DNA of 64,000 nt, taken from assembly GCA_038231135.1 (NCBI GenBank), contig JBBRLX010000001.1, positions 32,001 to 96,000 on the forward strand. The letters are read 5' to 3'. Each line of letters starts with the position of its first letter. The first letter of the stretch is position 1. The notes under the pieces are model-generated. The model ran no database searches. It was not told the origin of the DNA and saw only the letters and a list, made by a program, of their open reading frames with translations. Made by a program: the position numbers and the translations under genes. This DNA comes from Candidatus Eiseniibacteriota bacterium. Its GTDB lineage: Bacteria; Eisenbacteria; RBG-16-71-46. Positions 57,313-64,000 of this stretch are shown one piece after another.

Positions 57313-58743
57313 ATGAGCGGGCTTCGATCGGATGCGTTCGTGTTCTTCGGTGCCACGGGCGATCTCGCCTACAAGATGATCTTTCCGGCGCTGCAGAAGT
57401 TGATCCAACGCGGCAACCTCGATATCCCCATCGTCGGCGTGGCCCTGCCCAAGCTGAGCCCCGACGAGTTCAAGGCGCGGGCGAAGGCGAGCCTGGAAGA
57501 GCACGGTGGGCTGGATCCGGCGGCGTTCGCCAAGTTGTGCACGCTGCTGCAGTACGTCGACGGCGACTACGCGGACCCGGCAACGTTCGCAAAGCTGCGC
57601 AAGGCGCTCGGCAGCGGCTGCCGTCTGCTGTGCTATCTCGCGATTCCACCGAGCCTGTTCGCCACCGTCGCGGAAGGGCTGGCGGGCGCGGACTGCATCC
57701 AGGGCACGCGAGTGGTGGTCGAGAAGCCATTCGGGCGCGACCTCGCGTCGGCCGTGGAACTCAATCGCACGCTGCTGCGGTTCTTCACCGAGGAGTTCAT
57801 TTTTCGCATCGATCACTACCTCGGCAAGGAAGCCGTCCAGAATCTCGTCTACTTCCGGTTCGCGAATCCGCTCATCGAAGCGGGGTGGGACCGGCACTAT
57901 ATCGCGGACGTGCAGATCACGATGGCGGAGAACTTCGGCATCGCGGGCCGCGGCAAGTTCTACGAGGAATCGGGGGCGATCCGGGACGTGGTGCAGAATC
58001 ACATGCTGCAGGTGATCGCCAACCTCGCCATGGAATGCCCGGTGGGCACGGCCCGCGAGGCCCATCGTGATGAGCGTGCACGATTGCTCCAGGCGGTCCG
58101 GACGCTCACGCCGGCCGATGTCGTGCGCGGCCAGTTCCGCGGCTACCGGAACGAGCCGGGCGTGGCGTCTGATTCGAACAACGAGACGTTCGCGGCGCTG
58201 CGACTCCATATCGACAACCCGCGCTGGAGCGGCGTGCCGTTCTGGGTGCGCGCGGGGAAGTGCCTGCCGATGTCCACGACCGAAGTGCTGGTCCGGTTCA
58301 AACGCCCGCTGCGGCCGGTGCTGGACGAGGCCGTGCCGTCGATGGATTCCTACTATCGATTCCGGCTCAGCCCCGACGTCGTGCTGGCGCTGGGTGCCAG
58401 GGTCAAGAAGCCGGGAGGGCTCATGGTCGGAGAACAGATCGAACTGGTCGCGCACTACGAGCCGCCCGAGGAGATGGGGCCTTACGAGCGGCTGCTGGGC
58501 GATGCGATCAATGGCGACGGCACGCTGTTCGCGCGCGAAGACTCGGTCGAGGCGTCGTGGCGCATCGTGGACCCGATCCTCGGCAACGTGACGCCGGTGT
58601 TCGAATACGACCCCGGCACGTGGGGGCCTCCCGAGGCCGACCGCGAGGTGGCGCCCGAGGGGGGCTGGAACAACCCGGCTCCCGAGGGCATGACCGCCTC
58701 TCCGAATGTAGCGATACCTTCGAGCGTGGAGGTGGCGGGATGA
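57313..58743 (+). CDS. zwf: Glucose-6-phosphate 1-dehydrogenase
   Basis: FGATGDLA, EKPFG, RIDHYLGKE, RDVVQNH, RAGK, YERLL. Confidence 0.96.
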   Translation: MSGLRSDAFVFFGATGDLAYKMIFPALQKLIQRGNLDIPIVGVALPKLSPDEFKARAKASLEEHGGLDPAAFAKLCTLLQYVDGDYADPATFAKLRKALGSGCRLLCYLAIPPSLFATVAEGLAGADCIQGTRVVVEKPFGRDLASAVELNRTLLRFFTEEFIFRIDHYLGKEAVQNLVYFRFANPLIEAGWDRHYIADVQITMAENFGIAGRGKFYEESGAIRDVVQNHMLQVIANLAMECPVGTAREAHRDERARLLQAVRTLTPADVVRGQFRGYRNEPGVASDSNNETFAALRLHIDNPRWSGVPFWVRAGKCLPMSTTEVLVRFKRPLRPVLDEAVPSMDSYYRFRLSPDVVLALGARVKKPGGLMVGEQIELVAHYEPPEEMGPYERLLGDAINGDGTLFAREDSVEASWRIVDPILGNVTPVFEYDPGTWGPPEADREVAPEGGWNNPAPEGMTASPNVAIPSSVEVAG

Positions 58744-59459
58744 AGAACGGAGCTCGCAAGCGCATCCTGGTCGTCGACGTCGGCGGAACGCACGTCAAGG
58801 TTCAGGTCACGGGCGGCAAGACGCCGCGCAAATTCGTGTCCGGCTCCGCGATGACGGCGGAGCAGATGGTGGCGGGGGTCCGGAAGATCGTCGCGGGCTG
58901 GAAGTATGAAGCGGTTTCGATCGGCTATCCCGGTCCCGTGCATCGCGGCCGCCCGCTCGCGGAGCCGCACAATCTCGCGCCGGGCTGGGTCGGGTTCGAC
59001 TTCGCGGCCGCGTTCGGCTGCCCGGTCCGTCTCATGAATGACGCGGCCATGCAGGCGCTCGGGAGTTATGAGAAGGGGACGATGCTGTTCCTCGGGCTGG
59101 GGACCGGCCTCGGCTCGACGCTGATCGTCCACGGCATCGTGCGGCCGATGGAACTGGGCCACCTCCCGTACCTCAAGAAGACCTACGAAGACTATGTGGG
59201 CCTGCGGGGACTGAAGCGTTTCGGCAAGAAGAAATGGCGCCATTATGTCGATGACATCGTTGCACGGTTCGTCGCGGCGCTGATGCCCGACGAGGTCGTG
59301 CTCGGGGGTGGCAACCTCAAGCTGCTGAAAAAGCTGCCGCCGGCATGCCGGGCCGGGGCCAACACCAACGCGTTCCGCGGAGGGTTTCGGCTGTGGGAGG
59401 AATCCCGTGAAGCGGGTTCTGGCGCTGTATCGGCGGCACCTCGAGCAGCCTCGCCGTGA
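58740..59459 (+). CDS. ROK family kinase (polyphosphate glucokinase-like)
   Basis: VDVGGTHVK, IGYPGPV, NDAAMQALG, GLGTGLGS, ELGH; ATGA-coupled to zwf. Confidence 0.88.
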   Translation: MKNGARKRILVVDVGGTHVKVQVTGGKTPRKFVSGSAMTAEQMVAGVRKIVAGWKYEAVSIGYPGPVHRGRPLAEPHNLAPGWVGFDFAAAFGCPVRLMNDAAMQALGSYEKGTMLFLGLGTGLGSTLIVHGIVRPMELGHLPYLKKTYEDYVGLRGLKRFGKKKWRHYVDDIVARFVAALMPDEVVLGGGNLKLLKKLPPACRAGANTNAFRGGFRLWEESREAGSGAVSAAPRAASP

Positions 59460-59901
59460 ACGCCTGTTTCTGGCCTCGGCCGGATTCTTCGCGGCATTCG
59501 GGATCGTCCGTCTGCTGGCGCACGCCATTCGCCGTCGGATCGGGCCGTTTCACGACATCGCATTCGGCCACACCCACGTGCACCACCTGGTGTGGGGAAT
59601 CCTGATCCTGCTGGTCGTGGGCTATGGATGGCTCATCGAGCTGGGCAAGGGGCGGCAGCCGGAATCCCACGTACTCGCGCGGTCGATGGCGATCCTGTAC
59701 GGAGTGGGAGCGGCGCTCACGCTCGATGAATTCGCGCTGTGGCTGCATCTCGAGGACGTGTACTGGACGCGTCAGGGCCGGGCCAGCGTCGACGCGGCGC
59801 TGCTGTTCGGCGCGCTGGTCTCGCTGGGTTTCTGGGGCGGCCCGTTCCTGAGAGCCGTGGCTCGCGAATCGACACGGTTCTCGAGGAGACGGAAGCATTA
59901 G
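59407..59901 (+). CDS. Hypothetical membrane protein (HVHHLVWG / LTLDEFALWL family)
   Basis: GGGAGG RBS, four TM segments, conserved-looking His and Asp-Glu motifs. Confidence 0.75.
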   Translation: MKRVLALYRRHLEQPRRERLFLASAGFFAAFGIVRLLAHAIRRRIGPFHDIAFGHTHVHHLVWGILILLVVGYGWLIELGKGRQPESHVLARSMAILYGVGAALTLDEFALWLHLEDVYWTRQGRASVDAALLFGALVSLGFWGGPFLRAVARESTRFSRRRKH

Positions 59902-60114
59902 TACGAAGTCCCGATCCTGTGAGCGCAGCCAGGATCGAAGCCGGCGTTCGCTCGCGCCGGTCATCGCAGGAAGCAACGCTGCGAGTCAGCGAGTTCACAA
60001 GCCCCGCCGCGTGTGGTGTCCGCGCCACACACGCGTCACCCCGCCGGTATTCGCATCGCCGCCGAATCGCCTGCAAATCATTGTGATTCCCGCCGCCGAT
60101 CACGCGCCGCGAAC

Positions 60115-60130
60115 TGGCACGGCGGGTGCT
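60115..60130 (+). promoter_or_regulatory. sigma54 -24/-12 promoter
   Basis: TGGCACG-GCGG-GTGCT (GG-N10-GC). Confidence 0.55.
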
Positions 60131-60201
60131 CTTCCCTAGGATACGGCCGAGTCGTCAAGACACAGTGCATCTCAAACCGCAATCAACCGGGGAGAATCAC
60201 G

Positions 60202-60717
60202 ATGATCCAGTTTCGCAAGTTGTCCGTTGCCAGTCTGCTCGTTCTGGGAACCGCCGCCACGTTCGTCGCGGGCGCCGCGACGCTCGCGGGCGCCGCGAAT
60301 TCCTCGACCGATCCGGACGCCGGCACGTCCGCCCAGTCGAAGTCCCACGGCCGCCACGAAGGCCGGAAAGAGCATGGCGTGAACGAGCGCCTGGAGCGCA
60401 TGACTCAGCGGCTCAAGCTCACGGCGGAGCAGCAGGAGAAGGTCAAGCCGATCCTGGAGGCGGAGAGGGCGCAGTGGAAGTCCCTCCACTCCGAGGACAA
60501 GGCCAAGCCCCGCTCGGCCGAGGACAAGGCGGCGATGGAGAAGGAGCGCAAGGAACTGCGTGCCGACACCGACAGCAAGCTCGCGCAGGTGCTGACCGCC
60601 GACCAGATGAGCGAGCTTCGCAAGTTCCAGCGTGAGCACATGCGGAAGGAAAGTGCGAAGGAAGAGAAGGCGGAGAAGGGCGAGAAGGGCGAGAAGGGCG
60701 AGAAGGGCAGCAGTTAG
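60202..60717 (+). CDS. Periplasmic Spy/CpxP-like (LTXXQ) protein with EKG-repeat tail
   Basis: GGAG RBS, signal peptide, LKLTAEQQ and VLTADQ motifs; gagaagggc x4 at about 60673-60708. Confidence 0.8.
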   Translation: MIQFRKLSVASLLVLGTAATFVAGAATLAGAANSSTDPDAGTSAQSKSHGRHEGRKEHGVNERLERMTQRLKLTAEQQEKVKPILEAERAQWKSLHSEDKAKPRSAEDKAAMEKERKELRADTDSKLAQVLTADQMSELRKFQREHMRKESAKEEKAEKGEKGEKGEKGSS

Positions 60718-60740
60718 TCGATAGCCGCATCGGATGCAAG

Positions 60741-60773
60741 GGACGCCGGAGCCCGGTTCGGGATCCGGCGTCC
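60741..60773. terminator. Hairpin between convergent genes
   Basis: ggacgccgga...tccggcgtcc stem. Confidence 0.6.
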
Positions 60774-60793
60774 TGGCGGTTCTAGTCGCCGCG

Positions 60794-62011
60794 CTAGAAG
60801 ATTTCCGGGCACCACGGCGCACGGTCCGCTGTGAACAGTGCGTCCGCGCGAGTTGCCGCGCCGGGGCGGCGCTCTTCGATCCGCGCCGAACGCACGAGCT
60901 GCCCGAACGTGAAACCTCCGAGATAGACCGTCCCCAGCGCCGTGACGTCGAGCGCCAGGTCGGCATCGGCCGTCGTGCGCTCCACGCTGCCCGCGGCCAC
61001 GCGATAGCGGCCCTGATTCCATGGGCAGAACGCGTCGGCCACTTCGATCACGACCGGATCCGCGCCCGACAGCGCGCGCGCGGCCAGCGCCGCCGGCACG
61101 TCGACGAGCCGCACCCACACGCCGTCGCGGACCTGGAACTTCATCTCCCGCGGACGCGCGATCAGGAACCACAGCGCGTGATCGAGCGGCAGCAGTTGCG
61201 CCTTGACGCTCGCGACCCAGTCGATGTCGAGCAGGAAGCGCCATAGGTCGCGCGTCGCCGCCGGCGTGGCGCCCACCGCCTCGATGACGTTGACGTGCCC
61301 CGCACTCGTACCGGAATCGAACGACTGATGGATGCGATAGAGCGCATAGCCCTCCGGGCGACCATCGATGGTGAGCAGCACCCGGTTGAGCACTCCGCCG
61401 CCCTGGCGCCGGCTCTCGGGATCGGCGAACCGGCGGAACCGCCACCAGTTCTCGGAGCGGGCGAACATGCCCGGCTGGTCGGTGCGGACCCGGTCGTAGA
61501 TACGCGAGAACGGTTCGAGCGCATCCGCTTCATTGACGAGCTGGAGCTCCGATCGGCCTGGCGTGGGCAGCACGAACGCGTTCGAGGATTTCGGGATGTC
61601 GACATTGCCGGCGACCGACGCCATGCCATAGCCGAACCTGCCGTAGATCGTGTCTTCCGATGCCCACAGATAGGCGACCGGCTCGCCGCGGTGGTGAATG
61701 TCGTCGAGTTGAACGCGCATCATCTGGCGCAGGATCCCGCGGCGCCGGTGGGTGGGCATGACGCCGACCACTGTGACGCCGGCGGCCCGGACCGATCCGC
61801 CGGGCACGGTCAGCTCGAACGGGTACGAGGCTGCACCGCCGACCACCGTGCCGGCTTCATGCGCAGCGATCGCGCGCGATGGTTCGAGAATTGACTTGAA
61901 TCGCCGGAGATCGTCTTCGCTGAACGGTCCGCCGCCAAAGTAATGCCACACGGGCACCAGTGCCGACGGAACCTCTTCGGATGAACGGCAGGCTGCGACT
62001 TCGATTTCCAT
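60794..62011 (-). CDS. eis: Eis-family GNAT acetyltransferase with SCP2 domain
   Basis: VGVMPTHRRRGIL, LWASE..IYGRFGYG, WVRLVDV..AL, D.FCPWN.G, LGT.YLGG, PWCPEIF. Confidence 0.9.
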   Translation of the reverse strand: MEIEVAACRSSEEVPSALVPVWHYFGGGPFSEDDLRRFKSILEPSRAIAAHEAGTVVGGAASYPFELTVPGGSVRAAGVTVVGVMPTHRRRGILRQMMRVQLDDIHHRGEPVAYLWASEDTIYGRFGYGMASVAGNVDIPKSSNAFVLPTPGRSELQLVNEADALEPFSRIYDRVRTDQPGMFARSENWWRFRRFADPESRRQGGGVLNRVLLTIDGRPEGYALYRIHQSFDSGTSAGHVNVIEAVGATPAATRDLWRFLLDIDWVASVKAQLLPLDHALWFLIARPREMKFQVRDGVWVRLVDVPAALAARALSGADPVVIEVADAFCPWNQGRYRVAAGSVERTTADADLALDVTALGTVYLGGFTFGQLVRSARIEERRPGAATRADALFTADRAPWCPEIF

Positions 62012-62237
62012 GCGTGTTTCCTCCAGCCGTGCGGAGTGCGTAGGCAGGTGCCGGCCGGGCCGGGGGCGCAATGTGCAGCATGTGACGGCGGATTTCAACG
62101 GGGCACCCGCCTCGTTGGGCCGGCCCTGAACCGGATGCTACAATTTACCCTCGCCCGCATGATCGCTACGATCGCTCACGCATGAGACCTCCGGTCCGCG
62201 ATGGCTGCCCGCGTGCGCCACGTCTCCGCGAGGATTG

Positions 62238-63086
62238 ATGAAGAATGTGTTCAGCGTCGATCTCGAAGACTGGTATCAGGGCCTCGAGATCGACATCGAC
62301 TCATGGGACCGGTTTGCGCCCAGGATGGAAGCGGGTCTGCTTCCGCTGCTGGCCATGCTCGCGGCCGCAGGTGTTCGGGCGACGTTCTTCGTCCTGGGTC
62401 ATCAGGCGGAACGCACGCCCGAGTTGATCCGGCGCATCGCCGCAGCCGGTCACGAGATCGCCTCGCACGGATGGTCGCACCGGTTCGTGTACCGGCAGCC
62501 GCCCGAGCAGTTCCGGCAAGAGCTGCGCCGCAGCAAGGTCGTGCTCGAGCAGATCGCCGGCGCGGCGGTGGTGGGATATCGCGCGCCCTACTTCTCGATC
62601 ACGGCCGAGGCGCTGTGGGCGCTCGACGTGCTCGTCGAAGAGGGGTTCCAGTACGACTCCAGCATCTTCCCGACGTTCAACTACCGCTACGGAATTCCGG
62701 GCGCCACGCGCGTACCGGGCTGGCTGACGACCCCCGGCGGCCGGCGCTTGTACGAGATTCCGCTCAGCACCGTGCGCCTTCCCGCGACGGCCGGCATCAA
62801 CGTCCCGTTGGGGGGCGGCGGCTACTTCCGGCTGTATCCGTATTCGCTCACGCGGAGGTTGATCGACCACCTGACCCGCGTCGAACGGCTGGCGCTGGTG
62901 TTCTACGTGCATCCATGGGAGTACGACCCCGGGCAGCCGCGGATTCGGTTGCCGCGCTGGATGCCGGAACAGACGCACTACCTCAACCTTGCATCGACGA
63001 CCCCCAAGACCCGGCAGTTGCTGCACGACTTTCCGTTCACCACCATGCGTGACGCCTTCGGCGACGCGTTCGCCCCGAAGGATTGA
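62238..63086 (+). CDS. Polysaccharide deacetylase (XrtA/PEP-CTERM-locus type, DUF3473)
   Basis: SVDLEDWYQ, ATFFVLG, HEIASHG, GYRAP.FSI, YDSS, GGGYFRL, YVHPWEYDP. Confidence 0.9.
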   Translation: MKNVFSVDLEDWYQGLEIDIDSWDRFAPRMEAGLLPLLAMLAAAGVRATFFVLGHQAERTPELIRRIAAAGHEIASHGWSHRFVYRQPPEQFRQELRRSKVVLEQIAGAAVVGYRAPYFSITAEALWALDVLVEEGFQYDSSIFPTFNYRYGIPGATRVPGWLTTPGGRRLYEIPLSTVRLPATAGINVPLGGGGYFRLYPYSLTRRLIDHLTRVERLALVFYVHPWEYDPGQPRIRLPRWMPEQTHYLNLASTTPKTRQLLHDFPFTTMRDAFGDAFAPKD

Positions 63087-63859
63087 GCGTGCGGATTTAC
63101 ATCCTCACCCAGGAAGACGCGTTCTACATCCCGGTGATCATCGACACCGTGCTGTCGGCCCGGTCGGACGTCGTGGGGGTCGGAATCGTCCCGGGCGAGC
63201 TGCAGCCGGGGCATGTGCAAAAGTACCTGCACCTGATGGGTGTCCGGGACTTCGCGCTCCAGTCGGCCAATCTCGTGATTCATCGCGCGTTGGATGTGGT
63301 GTCGCGCGTGATCCCCATGCCGCGCAGTTACTCGGTGAGCGGGGCGGCGCGGCGGGTGTCGGTGCCCGCGGAGCAGGTTCCGAAGGTGAACGACGCGAAG
63401 TTTCTGGATCACCTGCGCTCGCTGGGCGTCGATCTCGTGGTTTCGATCGCCTGCCCGCAGATCTTCCGCCAGCCGCTGCTCGACCTGCCGGCCCATGGCT
63501 GCATCAACCTGCACGGCGCGCTGCTGCCCCGATATCAGGGCCTGCTGCCCTCGTTCTGGGTGCTGGCGAACGGCGAGGCCGAGACCGGCGTCACCGTGCA
63601 TGTCATGGATGCGAAGCTCGACCACGGGGACATCCTGCTGCAGCGCCGGGTACCGATTCGCGACGACGACACCGTGCACCGGCTGGTCCGGCGTTCGAAG
63701 GTCGAATTCGGCCGCCAGCTCCTGCTCGAGGCGATCACGCAGATCGATCAGGGACGCGTGACCCGGACGCCGATGGACATGAGCCAGGCCAGCTACGTGG
63801 CGTTTCCGGACGATGCGGCGAGGGCCCAATTTCGCAAGCGAGGGCGACGCTTCATTTAA
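63083..63859 (+). CDS. Formyltransferase-family protein (polysaccharide modification)
   Basis: CINLHGALLPRYQG, GVTVH.M...LD.GDI; overlaps the deacetylase stop. Confidence 0.85.
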   Translation: MSVRIYILTQEDAFYIPVIIDTVLSARSDVVGVGIVPGELQPGHVQKYLHLMGVRDFALQSANLVIHRALDVVSRVIPMPRSYSVSGAARRVSVPAEQVPKVNDAKFLDHLRSLGVDLVVSIACPQIFRQPLLDLPAHGCINLHGALLPRYQGLLPSFWVLANGEAETGVTVHVMDAKLDHGDILLQRRVPIRDDDTVHRLVRRSKVEFGRQLLLEAITQIDQGRVTRTPMDMSQASYVAFPDDAARAQFRKRGRRFI

Positions 63860-64000
63860 GTTGCCCCGAGAGATGCGCCGGAGCCGCTGACTTTGCGTCT
63901 GGCAGCGCATCTCGGCTGAATCCGGGCGGCTCGGGCAGAATCCAATCTGTCGTTGCGGGTGTGGAAAAGCGGTCAGAAACCGGCCGGCATGGGGCGGGAA

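Overview
A 64-kb high-GC bacterial window. It holds six secreted proteins with a FlgD-Ig/T9SS-like C-terminal domain, plus TonB-domain and outer-membrane barrel proteins. This points to a diderm of the FCB-related group, e.g. Ca. Eisenbacteria-like (inference, not verified). The left ~25 kb is accessory: secreted enzymes and adhesins (M13 peptidase, endonuclease I, Gly-rich PKD lipoprotein, YHYH protein with a metal-binding partner) and a small islet next to a degenerate tRNA-Lys(CTT). The right part is mostly housekeeping (mtgA, leuB/leuA-like, thiolase, hbd, apgM, tRNA-Leu-tig-clpP-clpX-lon, aminotransferase-serA, purA, tRNA-Lys(TTT), zwf-ROK kinase, Eis, polysaccharide deacetylase/formyltransferase). 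The best candidate for an undescribed system is a compact minus-strand cluster at 4.7-9.8 kb: a membrane-anchored non-RD Ser/Thr kinase with TPRs, a 69-aa precursor-like peptide, a papain-like Cys protease, a 188-aa partner, and an ATP-grasp ligase of uncertain membership. The peptide carries two identical GGNQGSGGDLTGGGG cores that differ at 9 synonymous and 0 non-synonymous positions and are bounded by (M/L)xGG motifs. No CRISPR array, rRNA, integrase or transposase was seen. All family calls come from motif recognition by eye, not database searches.
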